Of a stretch of 64,000 nucleotides of DNA, positions 1-13,930 are shown piece by piece. A program made the position numbers and the translations under genes. Each line of letters opens with the position of its first letter. Position 1 is the stretch's first letter. The stretch spans positions 786,207 through 850,206 of the forward strand of contig BDGG01000001.1 of the NCBI GenBank assembly GCA_001949185.1, in the 5' to 3' direction. This DNA comes from Ramazzottius varieornatus (Eukaryota; Animalia; Tardigrada). The notes under the pieces were generated by a model. That model worked only from the letters and a program-made list of their open reading frames with translations, did no database searches and was not told the origin of the DNA.

Positions 1-252
1 ATAATCGTGCGCCGGTAGCCAGTTTGTGAAAGTGTGTAGACCAGTGTTTTCACGTATGGGTATCGGCGGGACAATTCGAATACGAACGATTGCCAGTCAC
101 ACTGTTCAGAAAACGAGTTTGAAGCTTTGAGTTCCCCAACTGCTCGTGCAGCCTCGCGTGGCAGACATAGAGGAACACGATGCTGGGCTTCATTTTGGCC
201 GTTCGACCAGCGGTCAGGTGGCTCCGTCAGAAATCTCTGAAGGGGCGCGAAA

Positions 253-556
253 CAGCGATGGACGGGTGATTCACCCAGTGAAATACCGGAAACACAGGAC
301 GACTTTCCAATAGCAAGTACAACCGAACTCAAACATGGCGACCAATCAATCAGTCAATCAATCAATACTATTCCAATCTTGAAAAACCGCTCAGGATGTT
401 GTTCGAGCATTGGGTCTTTTGACTAGTAAAGACAAGATTTGCGCACCCATGACCAAGTTGCCAGTTCCAGCGTCCGTGGCAGGGCGTACGAGACAATTAC
501 GTAGTTTTCGATACGACGTAGTGTATTAGGCTCGGTAAATCACCCGTCCATCGCTG
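253..556. mobile_element. hAT-type MITE (304 bp)
   Basis: TIRs CAGCGATGGACGGGTGATT / AATCACCCGTCCATCGCTG. Perfect 8-bp TSD GCGCGAAA at 245-252 and 557-564. No ORF. Confidence 0.9.
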
Positions 557-1395
557 GCGCGAAATTTTGAGTGAAAATGTTTCGACGTCGCACTGACGTC
601 CTACAGCGTAAAAATACGCCTTTTTCTATTCGGACGCAAAATTCCCATGTGGGCGTATCTCAGATAATAATAAGCCCCAGAATTTTCGGAAAAAGCTAGC
701 TAGAAGGGCGATCAGTTTTTTTCTGACTTGGGGCAAACTTATCACGACACGCTCTTCGTTCTTGTCTATAACTTCAAATCAGAAAAGGGTGGTTCTCTTC
801 AAATTGGGCCGCTGGAATCCGTATACCGTGTAAGAACTGCGACGGAAGCCTGATCGAGTTTTGCCTACAAACATGAGGGAGACAAAAACTTTGCAGACAC
901 GGAGTCGCAAAATTGGCATAGTTGTATTAAGGAAAGCAGACCGGACACGGAAGATCGCAATAATTATGCACCATATCGCGACGAAAATTACTCTTGGTTC
1001 GCGTGCGTTAGTGTTGCTTGATCTTTGCCTGGTGCGTGGACGGAATTCTCCGGAGATCGATTTGCCTTTCTTGAGTTGACTTTCGCCGACGACTCTAGGA
1101 GATCTAGACGGTGTCAACATTGATACTAACCACGAATATACACTGGACTTTGTTATATAACAAATTATATCAGTTTTTCCATTATGAATTATCAGTCTGT
1201 CACTGTGTCAATAATTGCAATCAAATGGATCACGGCAGCGAGCCAAAGCAGTCATGCATCAGCCTCCAGGTCGGTTGCATCAGAATTTTGAGGTGACTGT
1301 CTATCCCCGCTTCACGTCGTGTTTATTTTTTATTCCAGTTCTTGACTAAGATGCGATACTCCTGTGTTCAAGCAGACACACTTTAACCCAATACA

Positions 1396-3609
1396 ATGGA
1401 CGATCCTTTAGAAGGCTACTCCAGCGAGTTGTTCGTGCAGAACGTAATCGGCTGCAAGTCATTCACCGTTTATCACGTTTTGGCCTGCACTGCCCTCTTC
1501 TTCTTTCACGACGGACTTCTCCGGCTTTTCTGGCGGAGAAAAGCTGCTTCAAAAAGACAGTACGTGAGACTGCCCAACATTTACTTACTTATTGTATCCG
1601 TAAGCTCAATGAAACCCTCCAAGTTCTATATATCGAGGTTTGTTTCCAGTGTCTTCCTCCTGTTAGATTTCTTCGTGATCATTCTGCCGACGTTACTCAT
1701 CGTCACCCTGCTGAGCGACTGGATGGCTTACCTGCTGCGTTTCCTGATGATGTCCAGTGTAGTTTTGATGCTCAAATGTGCCGTCGCGTCAGGCGACCGG
1801 GAAGGAGGAACGATTGGCGCACCTGACGATGAGAAAGGACATTCACAGGAGTACATTGTAGTGACAGAATTTCGCGGCTGTGTTCTCCTTCTCGTTTGCA
1901 TCGCAATCCTGGCAGTCGACTTTGATCTGTTTCCGTACGAGATGGTCAAGACAGACCGGCAAGGGTATTCGTTGATGGATCTTGGCGTTGGTACGTTCAT
2001 CATCGCTAACGCTTTGGTTGCTCCTCAGACCCAAGAGTGAGTCAATATATTGCTAGGTTTCTTGTGTTGGCGCTTCGTCTCACTCTATGCGGTGGATCAT
2101 GCGACTGTAATGGCTGAAGAAGCTAGCAAGATGTGGGACGAGACGAGCAGAAGGTTTTCTCCTTTTACAGGACACACAAAAGTTCCTGGAAACTGATACT
2201 TAGCGATGTGGGAGATACTGCGGTACTTGTCATACTGGGAGTCTCTCGTTTCGTGTCGGCCTACCTGACGGAATATCATGTTTCGGAGTCCGAGTACGGA
2301 AAGCATTGGAACTTTTTCTGCAGTCTAGCTTTCGTCAAGGTCCAGAAGTCAGTTTCGATTATAAACCTCTCTTTTCCGAATAAACATCTCTTCAACGCGT
2401 CAATTCGCTCTTCAGATTTTCGGACGATTACTGGCCGCGGTATTTCATCCCCTTGTACTCCCCTATGTCGGTCTGCTGATAGGCTGCCTGTACGAGGCCA
2501 TACTCCAGTTTGGCCTTTATGACTTCGTTCTGGATTCGCCGTCGAGCAAGACATTCGATTCGGCGGTCCTTCAGTTCCTTTTTGACAACCGCTCCGGACT
2601 GTCATCTTCTGTTGGTTTCCTCGCAATGTTTCTGATGTGGATTTACGTTGGACGACTTTTCCGCACTGAAAAGTTAGTCCGCCTAACACCAGATCTGCAC
2701 TTGTACATTCAAAGCATACCCGAAATCAGACTGCGCCAACAACGCAGGGGTTTGTTTCAATCAAACAGTCGAAATTTTCATTGTGGTTTTGGTTTGTTAT
2801 TCGCAGGCGTTCTGCAAGTGACATCACGCAGCTTGCTCGCCACCTGCTGCAGCGCAGCTTCTTTGTTCTCCTCATAACCTTTGTGATGCGTGTGCCGTCG
2901 CGGCGCCTGGCCAACTTGTCTTACATATTCTGGCTTGTAAGTTCGGGGATTTCGCATGCGCATTTATTATGCAAGCTGGTCAGCTCCATACAGATGCACA
3001 CTACTGACGTCGTTGTTTCATAGACTTATCAAGTCCTGGCCTTCCTAGCTTTTCAGCTGATGGTACGCCTGATTCTACTCTATATTGACCAGAACTCGAA
3101 GCGGCTCGCCGCGGAATTCAGAACCCGCGGTGGCGGTATAAAAGCTTTGACTCACTTTCAGCGACAAGATCTGCATGGAGGTATGTCCAAAGGTTGACTA
3201 GAGCTCGAGTTGGCAATAGTGCGATGTCAGAGCTCAACGGCAGTGACCAAAAACTGCCCGTTTGTTTTCAGCCTTGTCTAAGGTGAATCTGGCTTCACCT
3301 GGAGCTTCCCTCTTCACACCAGCCATTTTGTCGGCCATGAACTACAATTCCATGGTGTTTTTTCTTCTGGCCAATCTGCTGACAGGTCTCGTCAACCTCA
3401 GCATCGATACCAGACAGCTTAAAACCTTTGCTAGCATGCTCATACTGACCATTTACCTTACTGTGATAACCTCCGTCGCTTACTTTCTTTACGCCAAAAA
3501 AATCCGGGTTCCACTTCGATTTTCTTCCTTAAGCCGAACTGTCCTGATTAAACTCTTTCTGTTTCTGATGACTCTGTTATTTTGTTTAGCTTTCCTAAAA
3601 ACCAGGTAG
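1396..3609 (+). CDS. PIGW: GPI inositol acyltransferase PIG-W/GWT1 (multi-exon)
   Basis: Family motifs appear in order across exons: IAILAVDFDLFP..KT..GYSLMDLGVG, EYGKHWNFF, NRSGLSS, SRRLANLSYIFW, MNYNSMVFFLLANLLTGLVNLSIDT. GT-AG introns lie between them. Exact exon ends and the C-terminus are approximate. Confidence 0.9.
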
Positions 3610-4287
3610 GGTTTTGTTCTCGTATTTAGTCTTCGCTGCCGTCTCAAACGGTTACAGTTTGCCAAAGTAATTCAAGAAAAAGCCAAAACTTTTCTCTTGT
3701 ATCGATGTCAGCGATCCTGCAGCAGCCCAGTATTGGCCCAAGCTTATTAAGCTTATTTACTCTTCGGGATGTTAACGCGTCCCCCAGTGCTTACTCTACC
3801 TTCTATTCCGTGATTTCTGACCTCTGTGCTCGTGGGTTGACCGCAGTGCTGGATCCGATTTGGTTCATTCTATCACTGTCAAACATTCGACAGTAGTTTC
3901 GACGTACGGACTGTTGTCGACCGTAACGTTTTGTCGACGCACGTCGTTCCATCTGAAACAGTGAAACTCATTTGAAATCGCGCCAAAATATTGATAGAAA
4001 AGTCGTCAACTAACCCTACCGCCCACCGCTCCACCTGTGGCCAGTAGCTCAAAGAGACAAAAGGTGGCGCCACCTTTCCTGTGTTCAGTTCAAAAGCGCA
4101 GGCACCGTACAGTCTTTTGTTAACCGTAATCGTACATTTGTATGTCTAGCCCTAAGATGACAAAATGGCCGCACGCAAATAGGATGTAAATTGTGCAGTT
4201 CTATGGTACAGACTGTGAGTCGGAACCACCGTCTACAACGAAACAAAAATAGAAATCAGCAGTTTGGTGCGTATACTGCCCGGTACT

Positions 4288-5291
4288 TCAAATAATCACT
4301 GTTCTAATAGTATCCACCGACAGCTTTTGTTGTGCGATACAATGGACATCTGGTCGCCGACTCTTGAGAAGTGAAAGGAATGCTTCGATGTTGTTGTGGT
4401 ACCTGCACGTGCAGGTACCAAAAAATGCGGTCAATGGTGATAACGCACGCAATTGTTCATTTGTACTGCACCCCAGTGATACCTCAGGGCCTTTATGATG
4501 CGACTCTTGGCCTCTTTTTGATTGTTCCGCACTGTCCGAGTAGCTAACTGCAGGTCCTTCGCGGTCATGCCGACGAACCAAGTGTTATGACAGCTAGTAC
4601 ATGGACGTAAATTAAACCATGACCACCGGGTTCCTTTTTGATTAGGCGAGATGAGTATCCTGGTCGACATAGTTATACTATGGTAACAGGAGGCCTTCTG
4701 TTCCTCTTAATCATGCGGATCAAAGTCACCAGACCATGTTCACACTAGTCTAACAGGCTGCAGGTGTGAAAGTTTATCTAAAGGTACGCTGTCAAACCCA
4801 ACCTTTAGAAAAATGAGATCTCGGAAGTCATTCTCCTCCGTAAATTCTAGCTGCAGTGAGTTTCGAACAGAACGGTTCGGTCACATGGAAAAGTTGGTAA
4901 GAATTGAAAACGTTGTCCCGTACATCAACTTTTCGTAGAACTTTACTTCTCGGTGACGTCACGATGCTGTGCTTTTTCAACGAACTGGCATCTGAAGTAC
5001 GCGAGCACTGAATGTGAAGGACAAATTGTTGGGCGGCTATGAGCAGCAGAGACCACATTGTTGAACTGAAAAATGTGGATATTGTCTGGTCGTTGTAGCC
5101 GTCAACAAACATTTCAATTTGCGAGAAGTTAGTGAATGCGTCTGAGTGACAAGATGCCAACGGTGGTTGTTGTTGACACGAACCAAATTGCTGTTCCATA
5201 CGCTGCAGATGACCTTCGCACACGCATACATGTCGCGTTCGACCGAAGAGCCATCCGAGCGAACCTCGGAAATATGGAAATGCCTGCACAC
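4288..5291 (-). pseudogene. Degenerate ORF fragments, possibly C-type lectin-like
   Basis: Fragments CAKVICSVWNSNLVRVNN and GTRWSWFNLRP..HNTW resemble CTLD motifs. They are split over frames with stops, so the resemblance is weak. Confidence 0.22.
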
Positions 5292-5395
5292 TTATTGCGT
5301 TATGTCTGAACTACCTCTGTTCGAGTCTTTAGCGATAACCGAGTGCCGAGATGAAACCGGAAGATAGTTTAGAGTGTACCCGAACAAGAGACGTA

Positions 5396-5848
5396 CACGC
5401 ACGACGAGATATTTCGGGCCAGTAAAAGTTACGGACCAGGCGGAAAAGACGGCAAATTTACAATTTGTATCGAAGTCAGAAACGGAAATCGGTTAAATGA
5501 CGTAACGCTGTAAAATTCAACCGTAGAAAATTGTCAAGGACAGTGGCCATCAGCTGATCAGCTGTTTTTTTCTCTAACGCTTCAACGCTGCTGTCGACTT
5601 TCTCCCGGAGGAGCTTCGGACTAGTTTAAACTGTTGAAGGTGTGCGTGTTCCGGTAAAATGGAGATCTAACTTGCTATAACAAATATGACAAGCTTAAGC
5701 TCTTTGGCGCAGTATCCAGCACGTACGTACAACAGTCCAGCCTTCGATGTTGATTTTCGATTGTAGCAAGAATCACCTACCCGTGCTGCCGTAGCGAAAA
5801 GGCCTGGCCCGTAATTTTCTACTGGCCCATAATATCTCGTCCTGCGTG
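5396..5848. mobile_element. MITE, TA|CACG-end family
   Basis: ~47-bp imperfect TIRs CACGCACGACGAGATATTTCGGGCCAGTAAAAG.. / ..ACTGGCCCATAATATCTCGTCCTGCGTG. Internal blocks are shared with the 12553 and 62067 elements. Confidence 0.8.
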
Positions 5849-7653
5849 TTGCAGCGTGTACTGTAGCAAACGGCCGAGCTCGGATAGTGTGGTTGGAGCT
5901 CTTTCTAAATTTGAAGCGTACTTTGCCGAAGGGGATTTTTGAATTATTGACCCTGAACGGTAGCAGAGTTCATTTTTCTGCTATATCTGTCGCAAAGAAG
6001 GCGGATCCCTGTCACTCTACCATTTTTCCAGCGTCAACTTCAGCGCTAAAATTTATAGCTCTCAGCGCTGTTACAGCACATAAACGCCATATTTCCCTTC
6101 TAAAGCCGGCATCAGGTTATTTTTCATCTCTGTATGCCACGTTACGAGGCACTAAATGACCACTACGACGCATTGCGTCTGTACTGCCCATAACAGCTGT
6201 CAGTCACGTTCGGCTGACTGAACTACCTGTACAAACTACATCGCACTTCCTCATTTGTTTCTCAGAGGACCATTTCGAGTTCGCGCCGGCTGTTATACTA
6301 TCATATCGTTAAACTATAATCATAAAGCAGCTTTAATAACTGTCTGTTTGTTTGTCCATGTTTATTTGCTTGCTATATTCATATACGCTTTATGTCGGAC
6401 CGTCGACACGGTTATTTGCGTTTCTCGGCAAAAATAACACCTGTTGAACAATACCGTCTGTGTGTGAAGATCTTCCGGCAACGAGAAAGAGCATAGCTAT
6501 TAAATCCTGACGTTTTTCGATACCTCGTTCGTCATCATTAACACAGTTTCACACCGTGCGGTCTCAAAGTCGGCATCTCGATATCAAGCAACTATATTCC
6601 CTAGCAAACCCACCACATAAGAAATGTTCAGAAAAATTCTCCAGACTACTTGTATAAAACTACTCAGCGGAGACTGGTGAGCAAATTCTTTTTCTTTCTT
6701 TCTATCAAATAAGTATTGAACGCATGATTGAGCCATCAGACGTGCTTTATTGACAATGCATAACACTGACGCTTGTGCGGTGGCATTTTAATTAAAGAGA
6801 TAAGTAATTCTTTTTCCACGGTTGTAACTCCCGACTACAATGCGTTCTCGAGCTGTGGTTAATTCTTCTCATTCTTCCGCTCTAATTCACACCTTAACGC
6901 ATGTCACATTGCATTATTACACTACACGTCGTGCCCTAGATTTCCCTCTTCTTGTTTTTCTGTGGTCTGGTGTAGTCTCGAGAAGTTGCCTCACTGTAAT
7001 TTGCGGTAAGAAAAACAGCCCCAAGTTTGCGTGGTTTGCTTCCGCGTTACCACTGCCAAAAGGAAAACCACGCGACCGTAACCGCGCTTTCCCCTACGGT
7101 AGTACATGAAGTGAAGTGCTGGCGTCCTGTTTCCAATACAGGCGGAAACCAGCCTACCGTTGCGCGATATCTCATCGAAAACTGTCGCGAGTATGGAGCG
7201 ATACTTTTCTTGTAAAATGTAGTCCTTGGATACATAGTCAGAAACAGATCAATCTTGAGATTCTTAGTGTGGACGTATTCGAAAGGCGCAATAGCTTTTT
7301 TATTTAGTACTCTGCTTTGCCGAAATCCAAAGTTTCCGCTGCCGTTGAAACTGAATAGCGGAAGAAATGCGACACCAGTCACGCGTCGCCATCAAAAGCG
7401 AGATCTTCAGGAAGTGCTGTTTGCTCAACAGGTACATCAACTTGAACGGGGGATTGCCATTGCGAAAGCAGCATCTCGACTCGGGTTTCGGCCCTTTCAC
7501 CTTCCCATCCGTAAACAAGTCGGATTAAGAGCGGGCAATTCCGTCAGCATAATTGGCTGTAGTCTGATAACGAAATGAACACGATACGATAACGTGAGTT
7601 GGTCAGGTGTTTCGCGCTTTGTGCACCAACACGAGGGAACGTGAACCCTTACT

Positions 7654-8184
7654 GACAAGGGGATTATACCTATCCCGACTTCCCGATAGTCAAACCGGCA
7701 AAACGACAGAAGAGTGCCTCTTCTTTGCATGAACTAGGGAGCTAAATCCTCCGACGATCCTGGAATAAGCTACAGGACTCGGAAGTGACGAACCTAAACC
7801 ACAGCAGTGACATAAGTTTCTTGATTGGGAGTTTGATTGAGCAGATTGAACAACTCAGTCGATCAGCTGTTCTGTCAGATTAGGACTGGATGGGGTGCTA
7901 TTGGACACCTTCAGCTGATGTTGGCACGCTGTTCGGTCATCCTGTTGATCAGCTGAGCGGCTTGTTTTCAATATCCTCAATCAACACCCGCAATCAAAGA
8001 GCTTTACGTCATCGCAGCACACTGGAGCGGTCAATCTACTTTCATTTCCCAGTCCTGTAGTTCATTCCAGGATCATCGAGGGATTTAGCTACCTACCTTA
8101 GATGGTAGAAGAGACTCTTTTCTACCGTTCGGCGGGGTCGGTTTGACTATCGGGAAGTCGGGGCAGCCATAATTCCCTTGTGAG
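7654..8184. mobile_element. ~530-bp foldback/palindromic element (possibly two nested MITEs; inner one 7735-8095)
   Basis: Outer arms CCCGACTTCCCGATAGTCAAACCG / CGGTTTGACTATCGGGAAGTCGGG. Inner arms TAGGGAGCTAAATCC..CCTGGAAT..CTACAGGACT / AGTCCTGTAG..ATTCCAGGATC..GGATTTAGCTACCTA. Confidence 0.8.
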
Positions 8185-8873
8185 ACCTTTTGTACCGAAT
8201 TTGCTGATGAGACCGTTTTCAAAGTAGTCGCAAGGTCTTCTTATCAGTCTGTTCTTCGGAGCTCTCCGCCGGTGATATTTCATCCTGACACCGCATAAAT
8301 CAAGCACCAAAAATAGTCCATGACCGATTCCCAATTTGACCTTCAATCAGGGTTTTATCAGAGCGACGTTGTTCTACATTGGAAACCCTGGTCGCTATCA
8401 TTTCCAGTCTATAGCGTAGAAAAGGGCGAAAAATGTCTTTTATCTTATTTCAGCAAAAGCTACTATAAATAAATCATCAATCACCCATTCACGGGCTTTT
8501 CTACGATTATCTCTGGTTTCGATTTATCGCACGAGTTCTACAGAACTGCGAAAGCAGGATGAGTAACAATACCTCTTTACAAAACCCACCGAAAAGCCGA
8601 CAAAAATTCTGTAGTGACTTTCGAGAGACCTTACTAAACAAGTTTTATTAGAGTACTCTGTACAAGATAGAATTTTCCACGCACTCGCTCCGCTTCGTCG
8701 CGGACTTTGCCTTTCGCCGTAGAAAAGTAAACATAAACTTAAGAGTCTATGGTCTTTTTATATCCGGCACAACAGAAAAAACCACAGTCAAAAGGCAGAT
8801 AAGAATTAAGAAACGAGGGCACAGAAGGCGCCTCAGAGGAAAATACCAAAAAACAAGGCGCCATACTTTTTTC

Positions 8874-10045
8874 TTATCTCGGCGTCGTCGGTTCCTCAAA
8901 CCCAGACTCCACCGAACACGTCTCTTCCACCGCTCTTTTCATCCCCAGCATCCCGAAGACATCTGTTTTGAGCGGATTCACAGGTAAAACCATCGAGCAA
9001 GGTCCCTTCCGCTTCACGTTCCACGAGCCCGCGGGAGACGAGTCAATCGACCAATCAACGCTAGCCCCACTGTCACTGTCGTTGTACGACGAGGAAGTTT
9101 CAGTTTCGAAAGAGTTTCGCTTCAGCGTGGCGATGAAGTCCTCTTCTTCCAGCATTTCCTCTTCCTCAACCATCTCCTCTTCAATGGCACCTAATCTCGG
9201 CCCACCTAACGCCCCCATACTCTTACAGCGTTCTAAGCTGGGCCGGAAGTTCTGTCCGGTACTGAGAATCTGTTTCCGCTTACAGACTGTCGGTGCGATC
9301 TCTGAAAGGATTTCGTGCAGTCTGCGGGCATTCTGCTTCGATATCTTGTCGCGTTTGAACTCGTTCAAGGCCCAGTGGACTCTCTGCTGTAGGAGTTGTG
9401 CCATCTGGCAGGCTTTCTCGGGCTTGGTGAAGAGGACTGCATGGAAACGCAGTTCAGGTTTCATTTTCTTCCCTTCATGCCTGCAAAATAATGTAAAATG
9501 AAATAGTAACTGACAAAATTTCGCAGGCCGTAATTGTCGTTCGCACCACGGCACAAAATTACGGTCGAGGTCCGCCAAATCGCAACCGGAAGTGAAACAG
9601 CTGATTACCGTGTCAGGCTGCTCTTGTTTTATTGTTGATTATCCGCTTCGCATTTTTTCAAAATTCTGCATTGTATGGCCTACCATTTCAAAAGCTTAAT
9701 AATATTTCGAACTGTTTCTCGACGCTTTGCGTGCCTGTAAATCCATCCACAGAGTTTGGGGAAAGACGGGTGGGATCCGCAGAAGGTGATTCGATGAGCC
9801 CAGTATTCTGTTAGTCCATGCTCGGTAGTCTCAGCTTTCAGTCCGGAGTTGCAGATGGTGACTTTCATTTTGATATCCTTCATTTGAGTGGAAGTGTAGT
9901 TCCTCCATAGGATCTGCAGTGGCTTGTCCGCGCAACCGTCGCCTTTCGCCAGCGTCGTCAAGACGTTACCCAAGTAGACCACCTTGTACGTTGGATCAGT
10001 TTCGCTAATGTTCACCGACTTTTTGTTGCGGCGAAAGAACGTCAT
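8874..10045 (-). CDS. FAM43A: FAM43A/B-like PTB (PID) domain protein; exons 10045-9735 and 9480-8874
   Basis: Contains DPTYKVVYLGNVLT..AKGDGC..KPL..LW and WIYRHEGKKMKPELRFHAV..KPEKA..MA.LL..AL.EFKR, typical of FAM43. Acidic, Ser-rich tail. Confidence 0.88.
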
Positions 10046-11969
10046 GGTTTCCGCCTGAGAGCTCCTACAACAAAGGAAAAACAAACGTGAAAATACAGAA
10101 TCGACACTCGAATAGAAATCAACGTTCCCCGTCGATTATCCCACTGGCAGCGCATCCCTTTTTTCATTTCAACGTACCAAATTGCCAACGGTTGCGTTTA
10201 CTCAGCGCATCTTAAAACTGTCCTATGACGTCACTCCTGCTATCAGTAATGCTAGCGACAACCCATGACGTTATCAGTATGGTTCGTGATACGCTGAGGC
10301 TACTATGGTAAGAGCGCACTGCGTGACTTCAAAAGGCGCTTTGAGGTTCGACGGAGATTCTTTCTTGAGAATGTTCTTGACTATGCGCTCGCATTGCTCG
10401 CCATTCTCAACTACCTGTAGAGTTGTTATCGATTGTGGCAGCAACCGGGTCAATATTTGCAAGGCTGATTGACAAGAGGAAGAGCGTCTCGAGGTGCCGA
10501 GTATCGTTTGTGCGACGCTGACCAACTTGAGCATCACAAATCTCGCTCTTGTTGCTCGCCTTATGAACATAAACAGCCCCATATTTCGGCAAAATATGCC
10601 AATAAGCGCCTCTCAGCGTCAACCTTGGCGGTAGCTCAGCCGCCATCACCGGTAATTCAGGCTAAAAAACAAAGTACTTTATTCGCGGAACAACGGTTTC
10701 CGGCCGAGTTAATAAAGCGAAGCCACTGCGGTGCGCGAGTCTGACGTGACAGCGTAGCGCGTGAGTCGAACGAGGAAGCCACTCCTGAGGGCAGCGCAGC
10801 ACTGCTACAAACCACCTGTCAAGGTGCGCGACTCAAACGGGGAGACGTTAATTTGCCTCAAATTCACATGCTTTCTAGTTCCCTCGTAAAACCGCGCACC
10901 ATCACGAGATTTGATACTGGTAACGTGCGTGGGTGATTCAGGGTAAGGGCTGTTATTGATTTCTTGATTGCATTCCAGTATTGCTGTATTGCCTGTATTG
11001 CTCTATTGTCAAAGTCAACACTCTGCCAGCATCTCTAGTGACCAAAGTCCGTTTTAACCAGCCCGCAGAATTGTATTAGAATATGAAGAGGGATCCACTC
11101 TCTTCAGTGACCGGTGTTTCGGTCCAGACACAGGACCAAGTCAATATTTACCGCGTCGTGCCAAGAAAACACTCATAACCGTTCACGTATCAGTTGTCCA
11201 TGACTCGTATTCTCACCGCTCCACCTCTACTTTCACCTATCACTCACACAACCCTACATCGTCAATATTATGCAGTCCAGAAATTCTAAGTTTACCTCAA
11301 CCAAACCGAAGTTGTAGTCCAAACAGTCTGAAGTAGCTGAAGCAGATCGCAGGATCCAAAATATTGCGCGAAAAAGAATCGACAGTTGCCAGTGCCACCG
11401 ATCCAATCAACCCGAGTCAATCAGCGAGTTTCCAAATTTGATCAGCTGATTAACACAATTGAAACAACGGGTTTTGGTAATTAATTCCGCCCGAATATTA
11501 AACCAGGTTTATGACGATGAACTTGTTGACGCTTTAATGTCCACTCTTCACAGGGTTATAATCGATAAATCCGCGAAAATCCATGACATTGGACTCAGTA
11601 GCAAAGCAGCTTAAATTGCGCACTTGGAAAGCAACCATGAATCGCCGTCAATCGCGTGAAGGTTTGACAGGCTGCGGAAGGTAATATCGGCAGGTATGGT
11701 TATAACAATGATCGACTTTACAACCCCACTCGCCTGACCAGCCAGCTTGAACGGAATGGCCCGGTGTGTTGGCAGACGGAAGGAAGGATCAGTCAAGCAT
11801 CAAGTAATATTATCACCAGCACCAATCGAGGCGATACCAGAGGAAATATTCCACTGAAATGGACTGATGGTGATAAGGGGTGCGTCAGAGCACTTTTCTT
11901 CGACCAAATTGACAGGTTATCATCAACCATCACGCCAGGGTAAGAGCTGTTAAGAGCGCCAAAGAGAGT

Positions 11970-12115
11970 TATGGTGAGCCGCGCGACTCAAAAGTCCACA
12001 GTACTTTTACCGCGGGTGCATGCGCGGAGAAACTACATGCGCGGGGAAATACTTTATCCGCGCATGCACCCGCGGTAAAAGTACTGTGGACTTTTGAGTC
12101 GCGCGGCTCACCATA
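11970..12115. mobile_element. Young palindromic MITE (146 bp)
   Basis: Perfect ~59-bp inverted arms TATGGTGAGCCGCGCGACTCAAAAGTCCACAGTACTTTTACCGCGGGTGCATGCGCGGA around a short spacer. Confidence 0.85.
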
Positions 12116-12552
12116 GAGAGCAAAGGTGGCCCTTGAGCCAGTGAGCCACTCCATCCCACCGGCCATTCATTACGCCCGACCCAACCTCAAAGTCAGCTTG
12201 ATGGACCAATCAAGAACGGCTCTCTGCCGTGCAATTGAGATACGTGGGCGGCCCTCGGAGTCCGGTGAGTCATTTGGTATTATGGTTATCATTGTGATGT
12301 ACAGGTAACGGGACGGACCTTCTGCGAGTTGATTACTTTGATTTGATCAATCTCTCAGTTCAATTTGCATTGTTTTGATTTTCAGATCTCCCTAGTTGCC
12401 TCCCCAGAACGATCACTCTAGGAAACACCAATGGATTCGAGGAAGAGAAGGAAGACGACCAAGACGGAAGAAAACCTGAGCGATTGGAAGAGAGGGCGAG
12501 TGATGAGATCCGACCGCTGTGAAATGGAGAAAATTTGTAAGTGTTTTCAGTA

Positions 12553-12749
12553 AACGCAAGGCAAGAAATTATGGTACAGTAAAGATTATGGGACAGGCGG
12601 AAAGGACGGCGAACTGGAAATTCGACCGTAGAAAAGTGTCGAAAAATGTATTACTGTGGATCGGTTGCGTACGTACGTGCTCCCGTACCGCTTTAGCGAA
12701 AAGGCCTGTACCATAATTTTTACTGTACCATAATTTCTCGTCCTGCCCG
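12553..12749. mobile_element. MITE, TA|CACG-end family (short, degenerate copy)
   Basis: Arms AGAAATTATGGTACAGTAAAGATTATGGGACAGGC / GCCTGTACCATAATTTTTACTGTACCATAATTTCT, with TA on both sides. Shares GGCGGAAA.GACGGC, CCGTAGAAAA and AGCGAAAAGGCCTG with the 5396 element. Confidence 0.75.
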
Positions 12750-13930
12750 TATTGTAATTGCTACAGTCTATACAGTACCACGTGGTCCCACAGTCTGTTC
12801 CTGTCATCACGTGATATGCAACAAGTGTTTATCTTTGGTAGTGGACTATCGCACCGTCGACGAGGATGCCTTGAAAAGAGCCAAACTCAGCTGACCCAGT
12901 GCAGTCTCGCAAAAGAATGGTTTACGTGGTGGTCAAGTGGTTCGGCACCATTCGAGGTAAGGGAACATTTTCTTCATCGACTATACCGATGAGATCCAAA
13001 AATACAGTGTACGACAAATAAACCGTTAGAAATGGGTGCTGGATGGAGCCAGATGGATGAAGCCAGTGAAATTTACGCATGCAGCAAGATATAATTCTCA
13101 TTGGCCGAGTCGTAAATAATCTCTAGCTGCAGTATTACGCTCATTTTTAGCGGTTAATTTTGTCTTACACTGTAACATTAAGTCACAGCTCTCGTCGTCT
13201 TTCCAGGCTGTTACCGATGTCCCGAATCTTATGGCTAAAAGGTACTTCGCTGATCAACGTTTAGAGCTGGTCTTCAGCGCAGATCAAACGGAGGTTCGGC
13301 TCGTCCCTTTGAAGGAATTGACGCCTGAGGAACATGATGAGGACGGCGACGACGATGACGACTAAGCGATAGGTTCGGACTTTGAAACGGAAATGGAAAA
13401 CGACTGGCGCTCTTTTGAGGTAGACCGTCCACGAGGAGACCTGCGGTAACTTTCGGTCTCAATTTCAGTTACTAGCTTGACCTGGAGAGGTATGAGCCAG
13501 CCATTCTTATTGTCTTTCCCCCATTGTACAGAGTGAAACAGAGATCTGATTTTTAATTTTCTCGTGCTTCTGTTTGTCACAACTGATTCATTTCGTGGGA
13601 ACAGCCCGTATTGCGCTTCTTCTGGTCTTTCCGCGAGTGCATAGTGGACCTTGCTACACAGTCTTCGGTCTTCCTGGTCGAAGCAAACACTAGTAGTCGT
13701 ATTTCGGCAGATGAGGAAACGCCGAGAATAAATTGTCGTACTTGATTCTAGTTTATATTTCCTCCGACCAGATTAAAATTAGATAGCAATCGAGCCATGA
13801 TAAAGCAGACGGTTTGATGTAATCACTCTCAACCTTCGAACTTCCAAGCATTTGATAACTGCGAAAGTGGCTGACTGAAATTTACTCTTTGAGTGAAAGA
13901 TTTTCATGGTCGGTTTTTTTCTCTCCTATA

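Noticed and set aside
8968-9501. 177-aa plus-strand ORF, and similar antisense ORFs over Frizzled, CatSper2 and Sec15
   Set aside because: These are shadow frames of real genes on the opposite strand, with no independent motifs.
10226-10233. CRE-like TGACGTCA upstream of FAM43A (another at 51800 upstream of Frizzled)
   Set aside because: An 8-mer is expected by chance at this scale, and no TSS evidence is available.
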